Below are positions 50,291 to 59,828 of a stretch of DNA of 64,000 nt, piece by piece (positions within the stretch are counted from its first letter, which is position 1; each line of letters begins with the position of its first letter). Location: assembly GCF_000211815.1 (NCBI RefSeq), contig NZ_GL890973.1:39777-103776 (forward strand), given 5' to 3'. Made by a program: the position numbers and the translations under genes. A model generated the notes under the pieces. That model made no database searches. It saw only the letters and a list, made by a program, of their open reading frames with translations, and was not told the DNA's origin. The DNA comes from Moorena producens 3L (GTDB taxonomy: Bacteria; Cyanobacteriota; Cyanobacteriia; Cyanobacteriales; Coleofasciculaceae).

Positions 50291-50560
50291 ATGTTGGTCA
50301 GTTCTTACATTGTTGAGCGGGGCTTGATTTTAGAACCCTTTGAAGTTGATGCCAAAACCAACGAAATTAAAGCTTTACCAGAGTTGCTCAAGAAACTGGC
50401 TCTAAAAGGAGTTGTCAATGCCAATGATGCTATTAATACCCAAAAAAAACTTGTGAATTTATCGTCAACAGTGGCAAGGATTATATAGCTGCTTTAAAAG
50501 GTAACCAACCAAGTCTATTTCAAGATGTTAAAACAAATTTTAGACCGGAATGGCTCTTCC
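50291..50560 (+). pseudogene. ISAs1-family transposase remnant (internal fragment, frameshifted)
   Basis: Translation EVDAKTNEIKALPELLKKLALKGVVNANDAINTQKK... and, in the next frame, YIAALKGNQPSLFQDVKTNF match the ISAs1 transposase core (DxKxNEI..LL..L..G...T.DA..TQ...A..I...G.DY.LA.K.NQ). Confidence 0.5.
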
Positions 50561-50628
50561 GGCAATATGGTGTAAAATGTAGCTAGTAATACTAAATGCT
50601 GTTAACCGACGGATGGACTTTCATCTAG

Positions 50629-50735
50629 ATATAGCAGTCGCCAGGGTAATTAGGACATGACAAAAGTCTCAAACTACAGTATGGCAAGAGTTTAACTTCT
50701 GACTTCTGACTTCTGACTTCTGACTTCTGCTATAC
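50629..50735. repeat. Direct repeat E2 plus (TGACTTC)x5 heptamers
   Basis: See E1. Confidence 0.65.
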
Positions 50736-50993
50736 TTTGTTAAATTTACCGAATGTAACCGTGTTCACTTCTTATAAAAAAGAATAATTTATAATATTGA
50801 ATTTGGATTTATTAAATGAAGTAATTAACTGTCCTAAGTGTCAAATTTATACGAATGACATTAATCAAAATCGACCAATTTTAGTGCGAGATTTATCCAT
50901 ATAGCGCTTTTTAGCCTCATCAGGTACACATATTTTTTTCCCTCTTCCCTCTTCCCTCTTCCCTGCTCCCTGCTTCCTGCTCCCTAAAACCTT

Positions 50994-51039
50994 AGGTGCG
51001 CTTTCCGTTGGCGAATTAAATTCGCCACGGGTCGCACCT
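50994..51039. repeat. Nested palindromic element, copy 4 (AGGTGCGCTTTCCGT-TGGCGAATTAAATTCGCCA-CGGGTCGCACCT)
   Basis: The inner 19-bp segment is a perfect palindrome; the outer GGTGCG/CGCACC arms also pair. Confidence 0.75.
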
Positions 51040-51094
51040 CAAAAACTTGTACCTTACTAGATTAAAAACCGCTATATGTGGGCAAGGAGTATAC

Positions 51095-51660
51095 TTACAA
51101 GTGCCTCGTCGTCAATTTTATTGTTGTCACTGTCAAAACTACTCAACTGAACCTTTAAGCTTTATATAAATGGGTCGTAATTATACAAAAATGGATGAAT
51201 AATATATCTATAATAAAGTTCAAGAATTAACAGTGGCACAAGTAAGCAAAAATGAACAATTAAGTCAAGAAAAAGTCGAAAAAATTTTTAAAATAATCCA
51301 TAAGCAAAAAAAAATACTGGGTAACTCCACAACGGTTAAATATAGATGAATTTAGTCGAGCAAAAGGAAAAATAAAATTTGTTACCGTTGTTTGTGATAT
51401 TGATAACAGTTATTTATTATAAGTAATTGACTCTCATAAGAGTGAAGAAATTATAGAAGTACTCAAGGAGCAACCTATTGCAATCAGGGGAAAAATCAAA
51501 GAAGTCAGTGTAGATATGTGGGGTGGATTTCAGAAAGTTGTCAAGGAAGTTTTTCCGTTCGCGTAGCGTGCGCGTAGCGCAAATGCTAATCTGGGAATAG
51601 ATAGATTTCATGTCATAAAATTAGTTAACAAATCTCTGAACAAAATTCGCCTAGAGTTAG
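51095..51660 (+). pseudogene. ISL3-family transposase remnant (N-terminal zinc-finger through the DRFH region; multiple stops and frameshifts, interrupted by a CGCGTAGCG-type mini-repeat and a heptamer array)
   Basis: RRQFYCCHCQNYSTEP zinc-finger motif; DEFSRAKGKIKFVTVVCDIDNSYLL; VSVDMWGGFQKVVKEVFP; NLGIDRFHVIKLVNKSLNKIRLE. All are hallmarks of ISL3 transposases but lie in different frames. Confidence 0.6.
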
Positions 51661-51790
51661 AGGGAATGGGGAATGGGGAATGGGGAATGGGGAATGGGGA
51701 ATGGGTAATGGGGAATGGGGAATGGGGAATGGGGAATGGGGAATGGGTGATGGGTAATGGGTAATGGGTAATGGGTAATAGGTAATAGGT
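51661..51790. repeat. Heptamer tandem repeat (GGGAATG/GGTAATG)n, about 18 copies
   Basis: Direct reading of the sequence. Confidence 0.85.
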
Positions 51791-52028
51791 AATAGGGGGA
51801 GCATGTCACTAATGCCTAATATTTGTACATTATCTATAGCCCCCTCATGGGTAAAAGCCAAGCTGATCTGGTAAATAGTTCATCTGTTCTGCAACTAAGA
51901 CCGGCTCAATAACATGATTTTTGTTGTTTTGTCAAGTAGTTCATTTGTTAGGCTTATTTGACCTGCTCCCCATCAAGACAGCGTGCCCGTAGCGCATTAG
52001 CTGACCGCTGAATGCTTACAAATCAACA

Positions 52029-52100
52029 AGCGGGTGATCGGACTCGAACCGACGACGTTCAGCTTGGGAAGCTGACATTCTACCACTGAATTACACCCGC
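52029..52100 (-). tRNA. tRNA-Gly (anticodon CCC)
   Basis: Reverse strand: GCGGGTGTAATTCAGTGGTAGAATGTCAGCTTCCCAAGCTGAACGTCGTCGGTTCGAGTCCGATCACCCGCT. 7-bp acceptor stem, anticodon stem TCAGC/GCTGA with loop TTCCCAA, T-loop GTTCGAGTC. Confidence 0.9.
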
Positions 52101-52504
52101 AAACCTTTAACTATTATTTAACTATTATTGGTATTATAGCAGTTCTTAATTGGGTCAGGTACTTCACCCGATTGAGCATTGCTAGATCAAGTGCGCAAGA
52201 ATACCCATCATAAAGAAGATTGATAGGGAGATGGGGCAGATTTTTATTAAGGTTAATTACCCGGACAGGATCTGATCGGGGCCTTCAGCTTGGCTTTTTG
52301 GTAAGCTGTAGACAAAGATTAGCCTTCCCCATTGCTGCTAGTATAGCGCCCAAGGATCACTTAGTAATGCTTTGAGGTGTTAACCCTAAGCGAGCTATAC
52401 AAAAGGTTAAACTACCAAAAATTTAAATCTACCAAACTAGTAAAACTAAGCCAGTGTCATGGGAATACTGGACTTTGTCTTAGCATTTAAGTCAATCAAA
52501 AATC

Positions 52505-53380
52505 ATGTTTAACACCACTGAAATTCTAATTAACGCCTTTGTTATAAGACTCCGGGAAGGCTACCGCCGAACTTACGGGGGACTCAACCCTGACAACGAA
52601 GATATAATTGCTTGGGCTGGCAGCATGGCAATGGAAAATATTGCCAACAGTGATGCCCTCTATCACAATGTGGAACACTCCATCCTAGTTACCCTCGTCG
52701 GACAAGAGATTTTGCGAGGCAAACATATCCGTGAAGGTGGTGTAACTCCTGATGATTGGTTACACTTTATCATTTCTTTGGCATGTCATGATATTGGCTA
52801 TGTTAAAGGAGTATGTCGCCAAGACCGAGAAAATGAACGACTCTACGCTACTGGTCAACATGGGGAGATGGTTCATTTACCCCAAGGCTCTACCGATGCT
52901 GCTCTGACGCCTTATCATGTCGATCGGGCAAAATTATTTATTGATGAGCGCTTTGGTGGTCACAACCTGATTGATGCCGAGTTTATCAAGCGCAACATTG
53001 AACTGACTCGTTTCCCTGTGCCGAAGCAAGGGGATCATCAAGATACAGGTAACTATCCTGGATTAATTCGCGCCTCTGACTTGATTGGTCAACTGAGTGA
53101 CCCACGCTATCTCAAAAAAACTAGTGCTTTGTTCTATGAGTTTGAAGAAACTGGATTTAACAAAACCATTGGGTACCTCCATCCTGGAGATCTGCGGCAA
53201 GGCTACTCTAAGTTTTACTGGAATGGGGTATACCCTTATATTCAGGATGCCTTGCGTTACCTATCCTTAACTCAGGAAGGTCAACAAATTACGGCTAATC
53301 TCTTCTCCAATGTCTTTGTGGTCGAACACTCACACAATCACAATGGACTGGGGAAAATGACACAAAAGGTTAATGTATAA
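52505..53380 (+). CDS. HD-domain metal-dependent phosphohydrolase-like protein
   Basis: His...HD-like motif context (YHNVEHSILVT...LACHDIGY); 291 aa. Confidence 0.5.
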   Translation: MFNTTEILINAFVIRLREGYRRTYGGLNPDNEDIIAWAGSMAMENIANSDALYHNVEHSILVTLVGQEILRGKHIREGGVTPDDWLHFIISLACHDIGYVKGVCRQDRENERLYATGQHGEMVHLPQGSTDAALTPYHVDRAKLFIDERFGGHNLIDAEFIKRNIELTRFPVPKQGDHQDTGNYPGLIRASDLIGQLSDPRYLKKTSALFYEFEETGFNKTIGYLHPGDLRQGYSKFYWNGVYPYIQDALRYLSLTQEGQQITANLFSNVFVVEHSHNHNGLGKMTQKVNV

Positions 53381-53535
53381 TCAGAAATTATGAACGGTGT
53401 TGAGTGAAGGGTGTTGAGTGAAGGGTGATTGGATCAGATTTCGATACCATCTTTGTATGGGTGAAACATAGCTAATGCAAGATACGCCCATACAAAGTAA
53501 ACACGAGGTGCTTTTCGCGCTTTCGGAATAATCCT

Positions 53536-54606
53536 ATGAACTGGTGGCAAAAACTTACCAAGAACCCTCTCGCCCGTTTTGGGGCATTGCTATTATTGAC
53601 TTTTTATCTAATTGTCATTGCAGCAGATGTTGTTGCTCCCTATGATCCTTATGTGTCTCAGCCAGATGGTTCCCTGCTACCACCTACCAAGATCTACTGG
53701 CGTAACCAGCAAACCAAAGAGTTTATTGGTCCCCATGTATATCCCACAACCCAAGGACCAACGGATTTAGAGACAGGCGATCGCAAACTGATTGTAGACT
53801 GGCAAAAGCCGTCGCCAGTGGGTCTATTTGTTCCAGGTCGGGAGTATAAGTTGTTTGGAGCGATTCCCTTCAACCGTCACCTGTTTGGTACGGTGGGTGA
53901 GGGGAAGATTAATCTATTAGGTACCGATGAGCAAGCTCGTGATCAGTTTAGTCGCTTGGTGTATGGGGGTCGGATTAGTCTTAGTATTGGTCTAGTCGGA
54001 ATTGCGATCTCCTTTCCCCTTGGTCTAATCATTGGGGGAATTTCCGGCTATTTCGGCGGCTGGGTAGATGGGATCATCATGCGTCTGGTAGAAGTTTTGA
54101 TGACTATTCCTGGTATTTACCTACTCGTCGCCTTAGCGGCTGTGCTACCACCTGGTCTAACTAGTGCGCAACGGTTTTTATTAATTGTTCTGATTACCTC
54201 GTTTATTAGCTGGTCTGGCTTAGCACGAGTGATCCGAGGACAGGTGTTATCGATTAAGGAGCGGGAATTTGTCCAAGCTGCCAAAACTATGGGGGCGAAT
54301 CCCTTCTATATCATTGTACGCCACGTTCTGCCCCAGACAGCTTCCTATGTGATTATATCAGCAACCTTGGCAGTTCCTGGTTTCATTGTGGCCGAGTCGG
54401 TGCTGAGTTTGATTGGATTGGGAATTCAGCAACCGGATCCGTCCTGGGGAAATTTGTTGTCTTTGGCAACCAATGCCTCAATCATCGTGCTACAGCCTTG
54501 GTTGATTTGGCCGCCAGCACTGCTGATTATTCTGACGGTGTTGGCGTTTAATTTACTTGGGGATGGTTTGCGGGATGCTCTCGATCCCAGAAGTTTACAG
54601 CGCTAG
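53536..54606 (+). CDS. ABC transporter permease, OppC/DppC-like (peptide/nickel family)
   Basis: N-terminal OppC_N-like region, 6 TM helices, and the EAA-like loop region (GLARVIRGQVLSIKEREFVQAAKTMG). Confidence 0.85.
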   Translation: MNWWQKLTKNPLARFGALLLLTFYLIVIAADVVAPYDPYVSQPDGSLLPPTKIYWRNQQTKEFIGPHVYPTTQGPTDLETGDRKLIVDWQKPSPVGLFVPGREYKLFGAIPFNRHLFGTVGEGKINLLGTDEQARDQFSRLVYGGRISLSIGLVGIAISFPLGLIIGGISGYFGGWVDGIIMRLVEVLMTIPGIYLLVALAAVLPPGLTSAQRFLLIVLITSFISWSGLARVIRGQVLSIKEREFVQAAKTMGANPFYIIVRHVLPQTASYVIISATLAVPGFIVAESVLSLIGLGIQQPDPSWGNLLSLATNASIIVLQPWLIWPPALLIILTVLAFNLLGDGLRDALDPRSLQR

Positions 54607-54919
54607 CTATTGAAATACTCAAGGGGGAAGGATCGGTCGAGTCTGGAAAAAGCCTTTTTTTCTCGGTTCAATCATCAACCTTGCTCCCCTTGAACTATAG
54701 CCCTCACCACAATAGTCCGAAGGATTCAGTTTTAACAAAACATCTCAGGGAACAATAATATTAGAAATGGAATGTTTTGTGGCTGTGTTTACCCATTATC
54801 AAATACTTACTGGCTCAGACAATAATATATAAAATACAAACCCAATCCAGAGCAAAGAAGAAGAGCACGGCAATTATAGCGTTGATCACAGTTATGAGGT
54901 ACAGTATTCTTTGAAGCTG

Positions 54920-55025
54920 ATTCCCTGTTAGGTGCGCTTTCCGCATCTAATGATTAAATTCGCTCAAGGTGCGCGCCTCCTAGGCCGGGGAACCCGGCCT
55001 AGGGTCGCACCTTCGGGTCGCACCT
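54920..55025. repeat. Nested palindromic element, copy 5 (composite)
   Basis: TAGGTGCGCTTTCCGCATCTAATGATTAAATTCGCTCAAGGTGCGCGCC...GGGTCGCACCTTCGGGTCGCACCT. Confidence 0.6.
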
Positions 55026-55029
55026 GAAG

Positions 55030-55185
55030 ATGCAGCGCATCCCTATTACCTATTACCTATTACCTATTACCTATTACCTATTACCTATTACCTATTACCT
55101 ATTACCTATTACCTATTACCTATTACCTATTACCTATTACCTATTACCTATTACCTATTACCTATTACCTATTACCTATTACCTA
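55030..55185. repeat. Heptamer tandem repeat (CCTATTA)n, about 21 copies, followed by the palindrome TACCTCATAGCTATGAG
   Basis: Direct reading of the sequence. Confidence 0.9.
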
Positions 55186-55446
55186 AAATCCCGAAATTTT
55201 GTACCTCATAGCTATGAGAAGTGCTATAAATAATAGTAATACTGGCTAGTTGCTGTTAGGATTTTGCGCTCCAATTAATTTTAACAGAGTACTAGTTTTG
55301 GCGACGATAAAGACTTTAAAAAAGACCTAGTTTTGATAAAAAAAATATTTTTTGTTTCTTTATAAGAATCGACAATTCCTTGTCTGTTTCTTTACAGTCC
55401 ATGTGGCAAGACAGTACCAGTTAGAAGAGACATAGGGACTGCGGAC

Positions 55447-57252
55447 ATGAAAGCATTATCACTGGAAAGTGTTACGGCAGCATCTAATCTACCCAAGGAG
55501 TCACCTCCTCAGGAGTATCGGAGTGAGTACCCCTTCCGGACACTACTTTATCTCTACCGCCAAGACCTAGGTAAAATCGGACTGTCGATGGCGGTGTATG
55601 TGATCAAACACAGTCCGGAATGGATCAGACCATTGGTGATTGCTAATGTAATTGATATTATTGCCAACCCAAGCACTCACCCACTGTCGGAGTTATGGAT
55701 TAATGGGGCTATCTTAGGGATTTCTATACTGCAAAATATCCCCACCCATTACTTACACATCCGGTTTATGAGTCTGGCGACTCGCAACATGGAGTCGAAT
55801 CTGCGCTCACTCATCACCCAGCAGCTGCAACTGCTTTCGATTGGGTTCTACAAAAATAACAGCAAGGGAGCACTACAAACTAAACTCTTGCGGGATGTGG
55901 AACAAATTCAAGGGTTGGCAACAACCCTGTTCCAGTTTGTCCCTGCGGCTATGCTAACTATCTTAGTAGCAATTGTCGCTACTGCTATTCGTGCTCCTTG
56001 GTTCTTGCTGTTCTTCCTGGGAACTGTTCCAGCAGCTGTGATTCTGATTTCGGTACTCAGACGACCGATTCGCGATCGCAATTCTGCTTTCCGGCAACAA
56101 CTAGAAGAAATGGCAGCTAGCTTAATCGAGATGATTCAGCTAATCCCAGTCACACGAGCTCATGGTGCTCAACAGACTGAGATGGAACGGATTGATGGCA
56201 AGTTAGTGACGGTCAAACAGGCAGCGGTGCGACTGGACTCGATTAACGCCATCACTGATTCCTCTTCTTGGGTAACCCTACGGTTATTCAGTCTGGTTTG
56301 CTTGATCACCTCAGCCTGGTTAGTCTATACCAAGCAATGGTCAATCACAGTGGGGGATGTGGTGTTACTGACCGGCTATTTTGATTCCCTGACTAACTCG
56401 ATAGTGCAAATTTTAGCTGTATTGCCACAGATTGGCAAAGGTTTTGAATCCATTCGCTCAGTGGGTGAAATTCTCGAGTGTCCTGACCTAGAGCGCAATC
56501 CTGGTAAGATAGCTCTGCAACAGCTGCGTGGTGAATTCACCTTTGAGTCCGTTAGTTATCAGTATCCCGATACGGAACAGTTTGCCATTCAAGACTTTTG
56601 TCTACAGGTCAATCCTGGCGAAACCATTGCCATCGTCGGACCATCCGGAGCCGGAAAATCGACCTTATTAAGTCTGATTATTGGTTTCATGGCTCCCACG
56701 ACCGGAAGAGTTTTACTAGATGGTACGGATATGAGTAGCCTAGACCTACAGACCTATCGGAAATTCCTCTCAGTGGTTTCCCAGGAGACTATCTTATTTG
56801 AAGGTACGGTGCGAGAGAATATTGTGTACGGCAGTCAACAATTGGATGAAGAGCAGTTAATCAAGGCGATTCAGGATGCCAATGCCTTAGAATTTATTCA
56901 GGAATTGCCCTCGGGACTTGATACTCTAATTGGGGAAAATGGGGCAAAACTTTCTGGTGGTCAACGGCAACGACTAGCTATTGCTCGTGCTTTAATTCGT
57001 AATCCACGGGTGTTAGTTCTCGATGAAGCAACATCGTCTCTAGATACTGCTTCGGAAGCTTTGATTCAGGACGCTTTGGAACACTTGATGGAAAACCGCA
57101 CAACGTTTGTAGTAGCTCATCGCCTGTCAACGATTCGGAAGGCTGACCGGATTGTAGTTATGGAACGAGGGCATATTGTAGAAGTTGGCAATCACCCTCA
57201 ACTGCTGCAGAAAGAAGGAACCTATACACAATTACATTCATTACAAATATAG
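55447..57252 (+). CDS. ABC transporter, fused transmembrane domain plus ATP-binding domain (type I exporter, MsbA-like)
   Basis: 6-TM region, Walker A GPSGAGKST, signature LSGGQRQRLAIARAL, Walker B LVLDEATSSLD. Confidence 0.85.
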   Translation: MKALSLESVTAASNLPKESPPQEYRSEYPFRTLLYLYRQDLGKIGLSMAVYVIKHSPEWIRPLVIANVIDIIANPSTHPLSELWINGAILGISILQNIPTHYLHIRFMSLATRNMESNLRSLITQQLQLLSIGFYKNNSKGALQTKLLRDVEQIQGLATTLFQFVPAAMLTILVAIVATAIRAPWFLLFFLGTVPAAVILISVLRRPIRDRNSAFRQQLEEMAASLIEMIQLIPVTRAHGAQQTEMERIDGKLVTVKQAAVRLDSINAITDSSSWVTLRLFSLVCLITSAWLVYTKQWSITVGDVVLLTGYFDSLTNSIVQILAVLPQIGKGFESIRSVGEILECPDLERNPGKIALQQLRGEFTFESVSYQYPDTEQFAIQDFCLQVNPGETIAIVGPSGAGKSTLLSLIIGFMAPTTGRVLLDGTDMSSLDLQTYRKFLSVVSQETILFEGTVRENIVYGSQQLDEEQLIKAIQDANALEFIQELPSGLDTLIGENGAKLSGGQRQRLAIARALIRNPRVLVLDEATSSLDTASEALIQDALEHLMENRTTFVVAHRLSTIRKADRIVVMERGHIVEVGNHPQLLQKEGTYTQLHSLQI

Positions 57253-57267
57253 CAGTTATGGCGCTAC

Positions 57268-57312
57268 GCGCAAGTCAGAAGTCAGAAGTCAGAAGTCAGA
57301 AGTCAGAAGTCA
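57268..57312. repeat. Heptamer tandem repeat (AGTCAGA)n
   Basis: Direct reading of the sequence. Confidence 0.8.
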
Positions 57313-57472
57313 GCTATGACTAAGTTTCGGAGTTTAGGAATGTCCTGACCTTCATGTGTAATGCTATATCAATGGGGTGAGGTATAGAATTATGGGTTTT
57401 AGGGAGTAGGGAGTAGGGAGTAGGGAACAGGATAAAAATTATGTGTACCTCATAGCTATGAGAAATGCTATA

Positions 57473-58225
57473 TCACTGAGGGAAATCACCGAACTGTTCT
57501 CGATAACGAGCTAACAATGACTCCATTTGAGCTAATTGCTCCTGAGCTTGTTGCTTTTGCTGACATTCTTGTTCGGCTCGTTGCTTTTCGAGTTCGGCTG
57601 CTTCAGTAGGGGCAGGAACTAGTTGTCCTTCTGGAGTAAACCAACGTAATTTTGAGTCATAAATTCCCAAATATAGTGCCAACTGTTGACTCCACAACCA
57701 ACCTTCTTGATTAGGCTCAAGTTCGAGATAACAACCATCTACCAAGTGGAAGCCCTTTAATTCCAGGGTGTTGGGGTCAAACCAGAAATAGTCGGGAGTA
57801 CGGAATGTATCCTGGTAGATTTGCTTCTTTAATCCTCGGTCCGTATCTGCTGTGGTAGGGGAAATAATTTCTACAATCACATTCGGATACTTCCCCTCTT
57901 CTTGCCACACTACCCAACTGTTCCGAGGTTTGCGCTCAGTTCCCAGCACCACAAAAAAGTCAGGCCCACGAAATTCTTCAGACTTACGTTGTCGAGGACT
58001 GTAATAAATAGTCAGATTTCCCGAGACATAGAAATCATCACGCTCATCCCACAACCACTCTAGGCATTGGATGAGTAGGGTCATTTGTAGTCGATGTAGA
58101 TCAGTTTCCAAAGGTGGTTCGTCACTGAATAAATCCCTAGGGGGAAATATAACATCTTCCGGTACAGTTGTTGCCTTTTCTGTTGGCGTTTCTGTTGCCG
58201 TTTTTAATTCTTGAGTCAAAGACAT
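57473..58225 (-). CDS. Uma2-family (DUF820) endonuclease-like protein with a Q/E-rich coiled-coil C-terminus
   Basis: Paralog of 1014-1892 (shared motifs DFFVVLG, NVIVEIISP, C-terminal ...QRAEQECQQKQQAQEQ). Confidence 0.8.
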   Translation of the reverse strand: MSLTQELKTATETPTEKATTVPEDVIFPPRDLFSDEPPLETDLHRLQMTLLIQCLEWLWDERDDFYVSGNLTIYYSPRQRKSEEFRGPDFFVVLGTERKPRNSWVVWQEEGKYPNVIVEIISPTTADTDRGLKKQIYQDTFRTPDYFWFDPNTLELKGFHLVDGCYLELEPNQEGWLWSQQLALYLGIYDSKLRWFTPEGQLVPAPTEAAELEKQRAEQECQQKQQAQEQLAQMESLLARYREQFGDFPQ

Positions 58226-58640
58226 GGCGGCTAGGGTACAATAAGTAGGTAGTACTTATTAGTCTATAGCCATTTAATTTTTTTGTGCACCATTTTTATA
58301 ATTAACTGATCTGCCAATCGCTAGATCTAGTCAAGTAATATCTGAACAAATTGGAAAAATTATCAATCTCTGATCGCAACCATTCAGATAATAAATGTTC
58401 ACAGCGTTTTTCATAACTATCAGGTACACCTGTTTCCTTTGCTATAGCTGATAGCTGATAGCTGATAATTTAGCATTCACTTTTTTTTATACTAAAATTA
58501 CCCCCGGAAAAAAAATTTATAAAAACCCTTGACAATTATAAATATAATCATTACAATAATCATTGTAAGCGATGCAGCGCGGTCTTGGGGGTTTCCCCCA
58601 TGAGCGACTGCATCAAGACAACGAAATTTAGTTTTTAGCC

Positions 58641-58850
58641 ATGTCTACAGAATTTATTCCGAATCACAACAATAATCCCAAGAAACAACGTATTAAGTAC
58701 ATTAAGGGCTCTCCTGAAGCAGTAACCAAAACTATTTACGGCCTTTGCGCACTCGGGTATGGGTCGGTTTCCGACTGGAGCCCTTTGCAACCGACGGGCA
58801 TTCCGGGGCAAGTAATTAGTTTTGCAACCAAGTATCAAACTTGGCGTTAA
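58641..58850 (+). CDS. Small hypothetical protein (69 aa), flanked by palindromes and followed by a rho-independent terminator
   Basis: ORF track; GC-rich palindromes at 58565-58612 and 58861-58885; terminator at 58945-58984. The antisense ORF 58635-58838 is considered the spurious one of the pair. Confidence 0.35.
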   Translation: MSTEFIPNHNNNPKKQRIKYIKGSPEAVTKTIYGLCALGYGSVSDWSPLQPTGIPGQVISFATKYQTWR

Positions 58851-58944
58851 TAGGTTAAATTTATGGGGGGGTTTCCCCCCCGGTCTGGTCCGGTAGGATC
58901 ACATCCGGATTGATTCGGAAACTGATAGACAAGACAATTGCGTT

Positions 58945-58984
58945 TACAGTATTGAAATAGCCGTGGATAGTATTTCTACGGCTA
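58945..58984 (+). terminator. Rho-independent terminator (stem AAATAGCCGT/ACGGCTATTT plus T-run)
   Basis: Perfect 10-bp stem followed by TTTTTTTTT. Confidence 0.5.
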
Positions 58985-58995
58985 TTTTTTTTTGT

Positions 58996-59205
58996 AAGCT
59001 ATCAGCTTAAGCGCTACGCGCACGCTACGCGAACAGCTATCAGCTATCAGCTATCAGCTTAAGCGCTACGCGCACGCTACGCGAACAGCTATCAGCTATC
59101 AGCTATCAGCTTAAGCGCTACGCGCACGCTACGCGAACAGCTATCAGCTATCAGCTATCAGCTTAAGCGCTACGCGCACGCTACGCGAACAGCTATCAGC
59201 TATCA
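58996..59205. repeat. 52-bp tandem direct repeat, about 4 copies (CTTAAGCGCTACGCGCACGCTACGCGAACAG plus (CTATCAG)x3)
   Basis: Direct reading; units are identical with no unique spacers. Confidence 0.85.
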
Positions 59206-59302
59206 GCTTATGATTGGGGCTACACCTATGGTGGGCAGTGCCTAGTAACGGGCTTTGTCAGCTGATTTGTATCAAGCACTGCCCACCCTACATGAACTAA
59301 AA

Positions 59303-59575
59303 TCAATTAAATTGATCGTAATGACCACCTATTGCAAAAATATAAACATAGTTATCATCAAATTTGTAAATAAGGCGATCTTTTTGAGAAATTATTCTTG
59401 ACCACAACCCCGATAAATTATGTTTTAACGGTTCAGGTTTTCCCATTCCTTTACCGGGATCGTCTCTCAGCATTTCTTTGATGATTTTACAAAGGGTTTG
59501 ATGGAGTTTTTTGTCTTTTTTACGAAGTTCTTCGTAATTTTCCCAAGTTTTGCCCTCAAATACTAAGGATATCAT
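59303..59575 (-). CDS. yoeB: YoeB/Txe-family toxin (type II TA system)
   Basis: 90 aa; motifs ...KPEPLKHNLSGLWSRIISQKDRLIYKFDDNYVYIFAIGGHY. Confidence 0.85.
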   Translation of the reverse strand: MISLVFEGKTWENYEELRKKDKKLHQTLCKIIKEMLRDDPGKGMGKPEPLKHNLSGLWSRIISQKDRLIYKFDDNYVYIFAIGGHYDQFN

Positions 59576-59828
59576 CTAGTTCTTCCTGATTGGGAGAGTA
59601 GCCTTTATTTTGGGTATGGGTAGCTTGAGAATGGTTAATCTGTTCCATTAAATGGCTATTTTGTAATACATACAAGGTTTCTTGTTGTTGTTCCAAATCT
59701 TCGGCACTAATAATAATAAAGTATCCCTGATTGGGATCGGTTATTTTGAGGGTAGTATGGTGATTGATGACTTGTTTAATAAAGTCTTGGATGTTAGTTT
59801 TAAATTGCTTGATAGGGATAGAGTTCAC
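59556..59828 (-). CDS. yefM: YefM/Phd-family antitoxin (GTG start at 59826-59828 preceded by GAGGAAAAAATC; the track ORF has an extra 11 codons)
   Basis: VNSIPIKQFKTNIQDFIKQVINHHTTLKITDPNQGYFIIISAEDLEQQQETLYVLQNS is typical YefM. A 20-nt overlap with yoeB is typical TA coupling. Confidence 0.75.
   Translation of the reverse strand: MNSIPIKQFKTNIQDFIKQVINHHTTLKITDPNQGYFIIISAEDLEQQQETLYVLQNSHLMEQINHSQATHTQNKGYSPNQEELDDILSI

Noticed and set aside
55030-55185. CRISPR array (considered also for 51661-51790, 58996-59205 and 36115-36345)
   Set aside because: Units are 7-52 bp perfect tandem repeats with no unique spacers and no cas genes nearby; these are STRR or tandem repeats, not CRISPR.
58635-58838. 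ORF 58635-58838(-), 67 aa
   Set aside because: It fully overlaps the plus-strand ORF 58641-58850, which has a downstream rho-independent terminator in the matching orientation. Only one of the pair can plausibly be real.
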